NCBI GenBank assembly: GCA_963793275.1
Contig: CAWBZL010000002.1
Location: 101,590 to 165,589, forward strand
DNA length: 64,000 nucleotides
Direction of reading: 5' to 3'
From: an uncultured Flavobacteriaceae bacterium
Lineage (GTDB): Bacteria; Bacteroidota; Bacteroidia; Flavobacteriales; Flavobacteriaceae
Positions 38,809 through 48,650 of this stretch are shown piece after piece; within the stretch, counting starts at the first letter, position 1, and the number at the start of each line of letters is the position of its first letter. The notes below the pieces were generated by a model, which made no database searches, was not told the DNA's origin, and worked only from the letters and a program-made list of their open reading frames with translations. The position numbers and the translations under genes were made by a program.

Positions 38809-41268
38809 TTATTTCATCAATTTTAACGTCATTCGTTTAATTCTATCCTTCAATTTTTCTGAAGAAAGCTTTTCCCGTAACCTGTCGGTAATAATGGGGA
38901 AACTAAAAGGCGTGGCTTCTTCGCATTGTTTCCAAACTATTTCTTGGCTGGCAATTCGCTCCAATGCCAATCGTAGTCTGCCTTCTTCCATTTCGTGTTC
39001 AAAAGTTTCTCTAAATGCCTGTTGGTATAACAAATTATCTGCTTCGTAATCTCTAAACACATCAAACAGCAATTGCGAATTGCTTTGCAGGTGCTTGGTT
39101 TTTATTTGTTTGCTAGGATAGCCCGTAAAAACCAAACCACTTATTACAGCAATATCTCTGAATTTTCTGCGGGCCAATTCAGTACTATTTAAACTTTTTT
39201 GAAGGTCGCTAAAAAGATAGTCAGTGCTAAATAAATTATTGTCCACCACATTCTGAATATCCAAAGGCTGATCGCTCAACAATTCAAAGCCATAATCATT
39301 GTATGCAAGGGAAAAAGTGATGGGAGAAAGCAAACTAATTCTGTACGCCAATAATCCGCCCATTGCCATATGTACAAACCGCCCTTCAAATGGATAAAAT
39401 AAATGGTGATAGCCTTCTCTGGTTTTAAAGGTTTCTATTAAAAACTCATTATTTCCAGGAACAATACTTTCTTTTTCCTGTCTGTCAAAAATATCTGAAA
39501 GAGCTTTTAACTCAGGCGTGTTTCTCTTATGATCTGCTTCAGACTGCAGTTCGTTTCGTAAAATTTCAGACATCTGAGAAGAAAGTGCCATGCGCCCTCC
39601 CATAAAACTTACTACATTTCTTGTGCGCTTGCTACTGCGTCTTACCTGAGCGGCCATATTTCGAACCCTAACCAGTTCCAACGTTCTTCCCGCAAATACA
39701 AATACATCTCCGGGTTTCATTTTTCCTATAAAAAATTCTTCGATGGTACCTATAAATCCGCCACTCACGTATTTTACCTGCACCATTGCATCACTTACTA
39801 TAGTGCCAATAGACAGACGGTGCATCATAGCTGTTTGGCGGCTGTCCACGTAAAACCTCCCATCGTCGTCTACTAAAACGCGTTTATATTCGTCATAAGC
39901 CTGCAAGCTCTGGCTTCCTAGTGTGATAAAATTGAGGCACCATTGCCATTGTTCTTCAGTAATTCCCTGAAAACAAAAGGTGTTTTTAATTTCCGGATAT
40001 ATGTCTTTGGGATAAAAACCATCACTTACAGCAAGGGTTACTAAATACTGAATTAACACATCAAAACTTAACAAATACGGGATGCGGTCTTCCATTACTT
40101 CCCCTTTTACAGCTTTTTTTAGTGCCGAAGCTTCTATCAACTCCATAGCGTGTGTTGGCAAAAAATGAATTACTGATGGTTCTCCGGGTCTGTGATTGCT
40201 ACGCCCTGCCCGTTGTAAAAACTTAGCAATTCCTTTAGGCCCACCAATTTGAATAATAGTTTCTACAGGCGCAAAGTCTACTCCCAGATCCAAACTTGAG
40301 GTAGCCACCACAGCTTTTAAACTTTCGTTTCGTATCGCTTGTTCTACCCACAATCTGGTTTCCTTATTGATGCTTCCGTGATGCATCGCTAATTCGCCAG
40401 CAAACTCCGGATACTTCTCTAAGATTTTCTGAAACCAAATTTCGCATTGACCGCGGGTATTGGTAAAGATGAGTGTAGTTTTACTGGATTTTATAATAGG
40501 TATAATGTCGTCCAGCAAGTGCAATCCCAAATGCCCGCGCCAGGGAAAGGTTTCCATTTTTTTAGGAATAATAGATTTTACAACTATTTTTTTCTTGATG
40601 TTTGCTTTTAATAAAATCGAATTTTCGCGTAACGCTTCATTCATTCCCAGTAACACATCCTGCGCTTGTTCTAAATTTCCAATAGTTGCCGAAATTCCCC
40701 AAATACGAAGCTGAGGCGAGATGGTTTTAAGTCTGGATAAGCCAAGTTCCATCTGCACACCACGTTTGCTGCCAAGGAGCTCGTGCCATTCATCTACCAC
40801 TACAGCTGTAAGGTTTCCGAAGATCTTTTTATAGCCTTTACTTGCCAACAACAACATTAAACTTTCTGGAGTTGTAATGAGTAAATCGGGCATGTTCCGT
40901 TTTTGCTTTGCCCGCTCACTTTGCGCAGTATCACCGGTTCTTATTCCCACAGTTAAGCCTGTTTCCAGTTCGTCTGCAAAACGTTGTGCCGCTTGTTTAA
41001 TTTCTACCGAAAGTGCCCGCAGCGGAGTAATCCAGATTGCTTTTAAACCTTTTGTGTGTTTAGTTTTATATTCCGGATGGTCTTTTATATACTGCAATAC
41101 AATAGGAACCCAAAGTGCATAGGTTTTCCCGCTTCCCGTAGGAGCATTTAGAAGCCCGTGTTTTCCTTGTAAAAATGCCTTCCAGGTTTTTTTCTGAAAT
41201 GGGAATGCCTTCCAGTTTTTAGACTCGAACCAGGTTTCGGCTATTTCTATTAATTGGGATTGATTCAT
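38809..41268 (-). CDS. lhr: ligase-associated DNA damage response DEXH-box helicase (Lhr-like)
   Basis: 819 aa with Walker A APTGSGKT, a DEWH box, helicase C motifs and a long C-terminal Lhr extension. Confidence 0.8.
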   Translation of the reverse strand: MNQSQLIEIAETWFESKNWKAFPFQKKTWKAFLQGKHGLLNAPTGSGKTYALWVPIVLQYIKDHPEYKTKHTKGLKAIWITPLRALSVEIKQAAQRFADELETGLTVGIRTGDTAQSERAKQKRNMPDLLITTPESLMLLLASKGYKKIFGNLTAVVVDEWHELLGSKRGVQMELGLSRLKTISPQLRIWGISATIGNLEQAQDVLLGMNEALRENSILLKANIKKKIVVKSIIPKKMETFPWRGHLGLHLLDDIIPIIKSSKTTLIFTNTRGQCEIWFQKILEKYPEFAGELAMHHGSINKETRLWVEQAIRNESLKAVVATSSLDLGVDFAPVETIIQIGGPKGIAKFLQRAGRSNHRPGEPSVIHFLPTHAMELIEASALKKAVKGEVMEDRIPYLLSFDVLIQYLVTLAVSDGFYPKDIYPEIKNTFCFQGITEEQWQWCLNFITLGSQSLQAYDEYKRVLVDDDGRFYVDSRQTAMMHRLSIGTIVSDAMVQVKYVSGGFIGTIEEFFIGKMKPGDVFVFAGRTLELVRVRNMAAQVRRSSKRTRNVVSFMGGRMALSSQMSEILRNELQSEADHKRNTPELKALSDIFDRQEKESIVPGNNEFLIETFKTREGYHHLFYPFEGRFVHMAMGGLLAYRISLLSPITFSLAYNDYGFELLSDQPLDIQNVVDNNLFSTDYLFSDLQKSLNSTELARRKFRDIAVISGLVFTGYPSKQIKTKHLQSNSQLLFDVFRDYEADNLLYQQAFRETFEHEMEEGRLRLALERIASQEIVWKQCEEATPFSFPIITDRLREKLSSEKLKDRIKRMTLKLMK

Positions 41269-41269
41269 G

Positions 41270-42919
41270 TTACTTAGGAATCAAAGCTCTCAGATCGTCC
41301 AGGGTATTTGCTTCTTCTATAGGTTTGTCTTTTCTCCATCGCAATATTCTTGGAAACCTGGTGGCAATACCGCTTTTATGTCGTTTACTTTCAGCAATGC
41401 CCTCAAAAGCTATTTCAAAAACGTGATGTGGTGTAACGCTTCTTACACGACCAAAGCGTTCCAGGGTGTTCTTTTTTATCCAGGCATCTACTTGTCTGAA
41501 TTCGGCATCTGTGAGACCCGAATATGCTTTTGCAAAAGTTACCAGTTCTCCTTCATCCCAAAGACCAAAGGTATAATCTGTATATAAATTTGCGCGCCTT
41601 CCGTGACCACGCATGGCGTAGGTGAGCACACCGTCTATGGTGAATGGGTCGGTTTTCCATTTCCACCAATCGCCTTTTTTTCGGCCAACTAAATAAGGAG
41701 AATCTTTGCGTTTCAGCATTAAACCTTCACTGCGTTTTTCTCGCGATAATTTTCTTTCGGCTGCGGCATCTTCCCAGGTTTTAAACGTCATTGTTTCGCT
41801 TAGATACAAGCCTATTTCGTCACAACTACATTCTGAAATTAAAGTGTCCAGAATTTCTCTTCTTTCTGAAAAGGGCTTTTGCCGGATATCTTTTCCTTTC
41901 CACTCCAATAGATCGTAAGCATTCAAAATCACCGGTGTTTTCTCCAGTAATTTTTTTGAAATATTCTTTCTGCCAATACGAGTTTGAAGGTCGTTAAAAT
42001 TTCCAATTTCATTATTTCCGAAGGGTAAAATTTCACCATCCAAAACGGTACCGTTAGGAATTTTTGAAAGGAAGCGTTGAAATTCAGGGTATTTATCGGT
42101 AACTAGTTCTTCGCCTCTGGACCAGACAAACACTTCGTCATTTCTGATAATTACCTGGCTCCTGATACCATCCCATTTATGTTCAAAACTCCAGCCTTTA
42201 ATATCGCCCAGATCTTCCTGAAAATTATCTTCTACAGCATACGCCAGATAAAACGGATAGGGTTTACTGAGGTAATCTTCCGGGTTTTCTTCTAAAATTA
42301 AATCCTGAAACGTGGTTGTATCTGCAGTCCAGTTACCCATTAGTTTATAGGCAAGTATGTCTTCATCTATTCCCGTAGATTTTGAGAGTGATCGGGTCAT
42401 TAATTTTTGACTCACCCCAATTCTAAAACCACCCGTAATAATTTTATTGAACACAAAACGCTCAAAATAGCTCATTCTCAACCAGTTTTCCTGAAGATAG
42501 CTTCTTTTTTCATCTTCTTCGAGTGTACGTAGCGTAATGATTTCGTTACAGTATTGAGACAGCGATTTTTCCCGAATTCCCAGCGCCTCTCCCGCTGAGA
42601 GGGGAATATTCTTTTCTTCCTTTTTTAGGGAGTGTTTAGGTGCGCTTGGAATTATTAAGGCAATAGTTTCGGCCAGATCACCCACTATATGATAGCTTTC
42701 TTCAAATAACCACTGTGGGATGCCACTAATTTCGGTTGCCCATAACCTTAGAAGTGTTGTGTTTACAGGGCGTTTTGGTCTTCTGTGTGAGAGTATGGCA
42801 ATGGTCCATAGTTTATCATCTTCACCCGCATTGTTAAAATATTCGGTGAGTGCAGCCACTTTCAAGGTGGTTTTATTGGTACTATCCAGAGTTTTTATGA
42901 GGGCAGCAAAATGTTTCAT
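41270..42919 (-). CDS. ATP-dependent DNA ligase (ligase-associated DNA damage response ligase)
   Basis: 549 aa with adenylation motif I EHKWDGIR and OB-fold region. There is a 4-bp overlap with the upstream exonuclease gene. Confidence 0.8.
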   Translation of the reverse strand: MKHFAALIKTLDSTNKTTLKVAALTEYFNNAGEDDKLWTIAILSHRRPKRPVNTTLLRLWATEISGIPQWLFEESYHIVGDLAETIALIIPSAPKHSLKKEEKNIPLSAGEALGIREKSLSQYCNEIITLRTLEEDEKRSYLQENWLRMSYFERFVFNKIITGGFRIGVSQKLMTRSLSKSTGIDEDILAYKLMGNWTADTTTFQDLILEENPEDYLSKPYPFYLAYAVEDNFQEDLGDIKGWSFEHKWDGIRSQVIIRNDEVFVWSRGEELVTDKYPEFQRFLSKIPNGTVLDGEILPFGNNEIGNFNDLQTRIGRKNISKKLLEKTPVILNAYDLLEWKGKDIRQKPFSERREILDTLISECSCDEIGLYLSETMTFKTWEDAAAERKLSREKRSEGLMLKRKDSPYLVGRKKGDWWKWKTDPFTIDGVLTYAMRGHGRRANLYTDYTFGLWDEGELVTFAKAYSGLTDAEFRQVDAWIKKNTLERFGRVRSVTPHHVFEIAFEGIAESKRHKSGIATRFPRILRWRKDKPIEEANTLDDLRALIPK

Positions 42920-44016
42920 ACCGTATCGTCCTCCTCTTTTTTATTCACTTCGCTTCCTTCTTCTTCATATTGTGTTTTTTCGGTGCGTGCATCCAGGCCC
43001 ATTTCTTCACGCAGATATCTAGAGAAAATCTCGGTATAGCCGTGGGTGGCGATAACTTTTTCAGCACCTGTGTCTTTTACAGTTTGTAGCAATCCGTCCC
43101 AATCTGCGTGATCGCTTAGTACAAATCCGCGGTCTATGGCACGGCGCCTTCTTGCCCCTCTGAACGTCATCCATCCGCTCGCGCTGGCGGTTACATACGG
43201 TACCATCTTTCTGATCCAGGTTCCTCCGTGTGCACTGGGCGGGGCAAGTACTATATTGCCTAACAATTCTTCTTTTTTGGTCTCACGGGTAATGCGTGTA
43301 GTTTCGTGAAAGTTATAATTTTCTCTAAGCACTGCTGTCATATTTTCTATGGCACCGTGGGTGTAAATTTTGCCAATATCCGGATCCAGATGTTTCAGCA
43401 AACGTTGTGCTTTTCCCAGACTGTAGCCAAAAAGGATAGACGTTTTATTTTCTGCTCTGTTGGTGGCCCACCAGTTATTTATGTCTTTAAAAACTTCGGC
43501 CTGTGGGGTCCATTTAAATGCCGGGAGACCAAAGGTACATTCGGTAATAAAGGTGTTGCATTTTACCAGTTCAAAAGGTTCGGCAATGCCGTCATTTTCG
43601 GTTTTAAAATCGCCTGTAAAGACCCAGACTTCTCCTTTATACATTGCTCTTACCTGGCTACTTGCAACAATATGCCCAGCGGGATGAAGACTAAAGGTGA
43701 CTCCGTTTATGGTAAAAGTTTCTCCCCATTTCTTACCGCTTACGGTTATTTCTCCCAGGCGGTGCTTAATAATGGGTACATTTTTATGATGGGTAATGTA
43801 TTGTTTGTGTCCCCACCGACTGTGGTCTGCGTGGCCGTGGGTGATGATGCACTTATCTACAGGACGCCAGGCGTCTATATAAACATCTGCCTGCTTGCAG
43901 TAGATGCCTTTGTCGTTAAATTGAAGGAGTGGTGTTTTAGGCAATTTTTCAGAATTTTCTCGATAATTGAAGTTTGCATGGTCCGAGGTTTGCCTCGAAT
44001 TTAAATTTTTCGCCAT
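42916..44016 (-). CDS. ligase-associated DNA damage response exonuclease (MBL-fold/beta-CASP)
   Basis: 366 aa with metallo-beta-lactamase motif HGHADH and beta-CASP-like C-terminal region. It is the first gene of the operon. Confidence 0.75.
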   Translation of the reverse strand: MAKNLNSRQTSDHANFNYRENSEKLPKTPLLQFNDKGIYCKQADVYIDAWRPVDKCIITHGHADHSRWGHKQYITHHKNVPIIKHRLGEITVSGKKWGETFTINGVTFSLHPAGHIVASSQVRAMYKGEVWVFTGDFKTENDGIAEPFELVKCNTFITECTFGLPAFKWTPQAEVFKDINNWWATNRAENKTSILFGYSLGKAQRLLKHLDPDIGKIYTHGAIENMTAVLRENYNFHETTRITRETKKEELLGNIVLAPPSAHGGTWIRKMVPYVTASASGWMTFRGARRRRAIDRGFVLSDHADWDGLLQTVKDTGAEKVIATHGYTEIFSRYLREEMGLDARTEKTQYEEEGSEVNKKEEDDTV

Positions 44017-44208
44017 CTAATGCTTTGTGAGCTTACCTCCGAGGTAATTTACTTGGTTTCTTTAAAATTACAGATTTTAAAAGGTTTGTATTTCAGAATT
44101 AAGAAAAGTTTAATGCTTTAAAATTTCCGAATATTTACAAAAAAGATTCTCTTGCTTTCTTCGGAATTTTTTAGGACTTAGATTATATTTGTGCCATAAA
44201 TAAGAACT

Positions 44209-44634
44209 ATGTCATTTACAGATTTATTTGAGAGTGGAGAACACAAGAGAAACCTGGGTCATTTTGCATCTATTGCAAATATGGCATCGGTAGACGGAGC
44301 TTTGAATGCTGAAGAAGAAAAATTGTTACGCCGTTTTGCCAAGAAATTGGATATTGATGAAACCTTATATGAAGCGGTTTTAAAAAACCCGGGTAAATAT
44401 CCTATTAACCCTCCAAACGATGCAGACAGAAGGCTGGAGCGTATGCATGATCTATTTGAAATGATCTTTGCAGACCACGAGATAGACGATCACGAGCGTT
44501 TTTTAATTGAAAAATATGCTATTGGTTTAGGATATACTGCAGATTTAGCCTCAAAACTTATTAAAAGATCTATTGAAATATATAGCGGTGGTCTGGATAT
44601 GGAAGACTACCGATACCTTTTGAACAAAAAGTAA
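44209..44634 (+). CDS. TerB-family (tellurite resistance / DjlA N-domain-like) protein
   Basis: 141 aa with two repeats of the TerB-like helical motif (ASVDGALNAEEEKLLRRFAKKLDID / HEIDDHERFLIEKYAIGLG). Confidence 0.55.
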   Translation: MSFTDLFESGEHKRNLGHFASIANMASVDGALNAEEEKLLRRFAKKLDIDETLYEAVLKNPGKYPINPPNDADRRLERMHDLFEMIFADHEIDDHERFLIEKYAIGLGYTADLASKLIKRSIEIYSGGLDMEDYRYLLNKK

Positions 44635-44653
44635 CGTTTATATTTAAGTGTTT

Positions 44654-46153
44654 TTAAAAGAGCTTTTCGATACTGTCGAAGAGCTCTTTTTGCGTATAGG
44701 GTTTTGGTAAAAAAGCCGAAGCTCCCGAAGCCATCATTTGCTCTTGTTTCTGCAACATAGTGCTTCCACTGGCAACTAAAATAGGAATGTGTTGTATGTT
44801 GGAATCCTGCTTGCACTTTCTTATAAAGGCTATACCAGAGCTGTCTGCCAATGCTCCCTTACTAACAATAAGGTTGTAATTTCTTTTTCTCAACAATTCA
44901 AACGCCTGGTTTGCATCCTGCGCTATTTCTAAAATAATTCCTTTCTCATTGTTAAGGAAGGTTCGCATGAAGAGCATTTGGTTGGTTTCAATTTCTTCAA
45001 TAACCAGAATACGCTTGCTCATTAAAATTCCAGAACCTTTTGGCACTGTAGACCTTTTTTCTTTCCTTTTTCTCTCTTTAAAGGGTAGTAAGCAGGAAAA
45101 AGTAGTGCCGTCTTTATTGCTTGTAACCGAAATTTTCCCATCCAATACTGTCACTAGGTCTTTTACAATTTTAAGGCCTAAACCTTCACCAATGGGCTTA
45201 ATTGCATCCTCCTTTAACTGATAATAAGAATCGAAAACACGGTCAATTTCCGAAGTTGGGATTCCCTTTCCGGAGTCTGAAACTGAAATAGCAAGCATAC
45301 AATTTTCAGCACTGTTTTCTTTCAAAGTAACTCCTAATAGTATGGAGCCATGTGTTGTGTTTCTGAAGGCGTTTTCTAATAAATTAAATAGTATTTGATT
45401 TAACCGAAAAGGATCACCAATTAATTTTTTTGGAACTGTTTTTTCAATACTTGCTTCCAGCAAAATATTTTTTTTGCTGAACTTTAATTTATAATGTTGT
45501 TCCAGATTAGTTATAATGTGACCTAAATTAAAGGGAACCTGTTGCTTGGTAATAATTCCCCGCTCAATTTTTGAGATATCCAGCATATCGTCCATGAGTT
45601 GCTTTATTTGCAACCCGGTACGCTCCATTACCTTAAGTGTTTCGTTTTGATCGTAGGAAAGTTTTGTTTTTCTTAGCAACTCCATAAAACCCAGTAGGTT
45701 GTTTAACGGATTTCGGATTTCGTGATTAATATTCGCCAAAAAATTATTTTTGAAATTCTCTTTCGCCAGCAATAACTTCTTGTCAAAAGTTAATCTGTTT
45801 TTTGCAATAGCGGCTTCGTTTTTCTGCTGTACCAGTGGGTGTGCATCCCTGTAATGCGTTGTAAAGTCGAATAACAGCAAATAAATAGTATCCTCTCGTC
45901 GTACAATACTTATGTCTAAAATCTTACTAAAACCATCGCCGGAAAGATTTACACAGGGATAGGTAACATCTTGTGAAACTTCGGGAATTATGTTGATAAT
46001 GGTTTCAAAAAAAGGATGAAAACTAGTGATGTTTTCATTTTCAGTAAAAGGAAACAATACATCATCACTTTCAATCACGGCACCTTCTTTGGTTATTTCA
46101 ATTTGCTGAATCCTTGTGTTGAGAAACTCTTCTTTTAAGAGGGCAGTATTCAT
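44654..46153 (-). CDS. hybrid sensor histidine kinase/response regulator with uncharacterised N-terminal sensor domain
   Basis: 499 aa with N-terminal ~150-aa domain X, a DHp H-box (NINHEIRNPLNNLLGF), HATPase_c N/G boxes and a C-terminal REC domain with a conserved Asp context. Confidence 0.8.
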   Translation of the reverse strand: MNTALLKEEFLNTRIQQIEITKEGAVIESDDVLFPFTENENITSFHPFFETIINIIPEVSQDVTYPCVNLSGDGFSKILDISIVRREDTIYLLLFDFTTHYRDAHPLVQQKNEAAIAKNRLTFDKKLLLAKENFKNNFLANINHEIRNPLNNLLGFMELLRKTKLSYDQNETLKVMERTGLQIKQLMDDMLDISKIERGIITKQQVPFNLGHIITNLEQHYKLKFSKKNILLEASIEKTVPKKLIGDPFRLNQILFNLLENAFRNTTHGSILLGVTLKENSAENCMLAISVSDSGKGIPTSEIDRVFDSYYQLKEDAIKPIGEGLGLKIVKDLVTVLDGKISVTSNKDGTTFSCLLPFKERKRKEKRSTVPKGSGILMSKRILVIEEIETNQMLFMRTFLNNEKGIILEIAQDANQAFELLRKRNYNLIVSKGALADSSGIAFIRKCKQDSNIQHIPILVASGSTMLQKQEQMMASGASAFLPKPYTQKELFDSIEKLF

Positions 46154-46155
46154 AA

Positions 46156-46680
46156 TTACAATGTTTGTGAAGCTATTTCCCGAAAAGTCTCGGCTACATT
46201 TTCCCCTGTTTTGGCACTGGTAAAAAAGCAGTTGCTAAAATGATTTTCTTTAAAAAAATCTTTAGTAAACTCTTCTGAAAAAAGATCGGCTTTGTTTCCC
46301 ACAAAACACACTGGAATGGTTGGATATTTTGTAGACAGAAAAGCCATCTCTTCGGCAATGTTTTCGTAGGTTTCCGGGTGGGTAATGTCGAACACATACA
46401 TAAAGCCGTGGGTGCCCAATAAATAACTTTCTCTGGCTTTTGCTATGGAGGTATTTCCCTCGATATCCCAGATTATTAAGTTTATTTGTGTTGTATCCAG
46501 CGTTACTGTTTTTTTCTTTACGTGTACACCAACCGTTACCAGATAATCTTCGCTAAAAGCGCTCTCCACGAATTGGCGCACTAAACTGGTTTTTCCCACT
46601 CCAAAATGGCCAAGAATTACAATTTTTTTTGAATGGGTCATGGTTGGGTTTTTTATGCACGCAAATATATCCGAAAACAA
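46156..46680 (-). CDS. Ras-like small GTPase (MglA/Rab-like), copy B
   Basis: G1 GHFGVGKTS, switch-I Thr, G3 WDIEG, G4 GNKADL and G5 SAK. The start is probably the internal Met preceding THSKKIVILG. A 2-bp gap separates it from the downstream HK. Confidence 0.7.
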   Translation of the reverse strand: MFSDIFACIKNPTMTHSKKIVILGHFGVGKTSLVRQFVESAFSEDYLVTVGVHVKKKTVTLDTTQINLIIWDIEGNTSIAKARESYLLGTHGFMYVFDITHPETYENIAEEMAFLSTKYPTIPVCFVGNKADLFSEEFTKDFFKENHFSNCFFTSAKTGENVAETFREIASQTL

Positions 46681-46737
46681 AAGATGCTGCTATTTAATTG
46701 AAAGAACTTAAGGTGCAGTTTGTCGAAAACTCACTCG

Positions 46738-47340
46738 CTAAGCATCGAAGTCAAAGTCCAATTCTTCTCGTATCTGGATTGCTTTAAGGTGAAAATTACC
46801 TATACTTTTTTCAATATCCTGTATAAGTTGCCGTTGCTCTGGTGCTATTTCACCTTGTTTTAGTTGCTCCACTTTTGAGATAATGTATTCCAGGGCGCCT
46901 ATCACTTTATCGTCAATACGCTCTCTCATAAAGCCTAAATAGGCCTGTTTTTCTTCTAAATGCTTTCTTCTTAAATTGTGTTCCTGTTCCTGTAATAGTG
47001 CTGTCTTTTTTTCCTGAGCCGCCTCGTGTAAATGTTCGTAATGCTGAGAATAGTCAAAAAGTAAAATGGCCAGAAAATCCGGTTCTTTTTTAATAGTAAT
47101 ATCACATATAGCTTCTTTACCGTGAATGTTTAGTTGTACACAAGGGAAAGCCAAGCTACTGCCAAAGATCTCTCTACTTTGCAATTCGATCTGTAAACTC
47201 TCAAAAAATGGATGAATTTCATATAAATTATCCTTCTTATTTAATAAAAAAATGGTGTCGCTACTTTCAAAAATCTCGCCCGTGGGTTTGGCGTGGATTT
47301 CCTGAATCTTCTTCGAAAAAAATAAATTCTGGTTTGTCAT
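46738..47340 (-). CDS. stand-alone paralogue of the HK N-terminal sensor domain with degenerate DHp-like C-terminus (His replaced by Arg)
   Basis: 200 aa. Residues ~10-110 align with HK residues ~15-115 (shared HPFFE, PCV-L, LLFD-x3-HY). The C-terminus YLGFMRERIDDKV aligns with the HK H-box but lacks the His, and there is no ATPase domain. Confidence 0.55.
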   Translation of the reverse strand: MTNQNLFFSKKIQEIHAKPTGEIFESSDTIFLLNKKDNLYEIHPFFESLQIELQSREIFGSSLAFPCVQLNIHGKEAICDITIKKEPDFLAILLFDYSQHYEHLHEAAQEKKTALLQEQEHNLRRKHLEEKQAYLGFMRERIDDKVIGALEYIISKVEQLKQGEIAPEQRQLIQDIEKSIGNFHLKAIQIREELDFDFDA

Positions 47341-47828
47341 TTTGTTAGTTTTTTTGCTAAGTCTGTAAATACTTCTTGCACGCCCTCTCCCGTTTTGGCA
47401 CTTACAAAGCTGTCTGCTTCTATGTCTTTTTTAAGGAGGTAGTCTATGACGTGTTTGGGGTTTTCTAAGTCACTTTTGTTACCAATTAATTTTAAACTTA
47501 CATGCTCGTATTTTTCTGAAATAAAAGCAATTTCTTTTTCAAGGTTCTCGTACGTAACGGGTCTGGTAATATCAAAAACATATATAAATCCTTCTGAGCC
47601 TAGTAGGTAGGATGGTCGTGCTTTGTCAATAGAAGAAAATCCTTCAAGGTCCCAGATTATCATAGATATTTGTTTTCCATTTGGCAGGTCCAAGACCTTT
47701 TTCTTTATCTGTACGCCCAGTGTGGTTTTATAGTCGTGTTCAAAAACATCTTCCAGCAGCCTTCGCATTAACGAAGTTTTTCCAACCCCAAACTGCCCCA
47801 TGAGCACTATTTTCTTTGAAAGATTCAT
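47337..47828 (-). CDS. Ras-like small GTPase (MglA/Rab-like), copy A
   Basis: 163 aa with G1 GQFGVGKTS, G3 WDLEG, G4 GNKSDL and G5 SAK. There are 4-bp overlaps with both flanking genes. Confidence 0.7.
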   Translation of the reverse strand: MNLSKKIVLMGQFGVGKTSLMRRLLEDVFEHDYKTTLGVQIKKKVLDLPNGKQISMIIWDLEGFSSIDKARPSYLLGSEGFIYVFDITRPVTYENLEKEIAFISEKYEHVSLKLIGNKSDLENPKHVIDYLLKKDIEADSFVSAKTGEGVQEVFTDLAKKLTK

Positions 47829-48637
47829 TTGTTAAAGAATTTTTTCAAAAACAAATCGGTTTCTTCTCTGGAAAGATGCGAAACACCAGAGGACATTTTT
47901 TTTGAAAGTTTAAATAATTTATTTTCTAATTGGCTCTCAAAAGAGCGCGTGTAATTTCCTGAAACTACCACAGCAATATAAAAACTATGGAAGTTCTGAA
48001 TATGAATGGTGTACAACTCATATTCAATATTTTCTAAATTTTGAGTACCCCCTTTAAAAGCATCTTCAACAAAACTCTTTATAGCAGTTAGCATCCCGGA
48101 AATCATGTCTTTATCTACCGTTTCGGTTTTACTGTGATTCCCTAAGAGAATGCCAGATCCCTTTTGGATGAGAAATACCTCGCTAATTACAGGCGGATTC
48201 GTTTCTGTAAGTATAAGATCGCTTTCCTTAACACCCGTAAATCGTGCACGTACTTTTCGCTTTAAACTTATAAGAGAGAACGTATTGTTCACCTTTTTGT
48301 TTACTGTTTCGGAGAGTACTTTTATTTCATTTTGTACGTAGCGTTTAATCATTTTACCCATAATTGGGTATAGCGCTTCTACCACGGCATCCCGAGAATT
48401 TGCGATTTCAGTCTTTAATGTTTTTGTTATTGTTGGTCCTAATGTTACGGGTATTTCGGCTATAAATTCATTCAGTTTTTCCTGAATGATGGGATCTATT
48501 TTTTCTGAAAGTTTAGCACGTTGCTCAATTGTTTGGGTAATTACATCGAGGCGTTGGTTTACAGCACTGGCAATTTCCCTGTCGTCTACCAACAGGATAT
48601 CACGTAGCAGCTGCAATTTATCCTCTTCTTTCACCAT
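47825..48637 (-). CDS. Roadblock/LC7 (MglB-like) domain protein with ~150-aa N-terminal extension
   Basis: 270 aa. The C-terminal ~110 aa (VFLIQKGSGILLGNH...DMISGMLTAIKSF...YIAVVVSGNY) matches the Roadblock/LC7 pattern of GTPase-regulating MglB proteins. Confidence 0.6.
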   Translation of the reverse strand: MVKEEDKLQLLRDILLVDDREIASAVNQRLDVITQTIEQRAKLSEKIDPIIQEKLNEFIAEIPVTLGPTITKTLKTEIANSRDAVVEALYPIMGKMIKRYVQNEIKVLSETVNKKVNNTFSLISLKRKVRARFTGVKESDLILTETNPPVISEVFLIQKGSGILLGNHSKTETVDKDMISGMLTAIKSFVEDAFKGGTQNLENIEYELYTIHIQNFHSFYIAVVVSGNYTRSFESQLENKLFKLSKKMSSGVSHLSREETDLFLKKFFNK

Positions 48638-48650
48638 GTGCTAACACTTT

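Noticed and set aside
43306-44004. 232-aa plus-strand ORF
   Set aside because: It is antisense to the MBL/beta-CASP exonuclease gene (HGHADH motif on the minus strand). There are no motifs, and its composition mirrors the sense gene.
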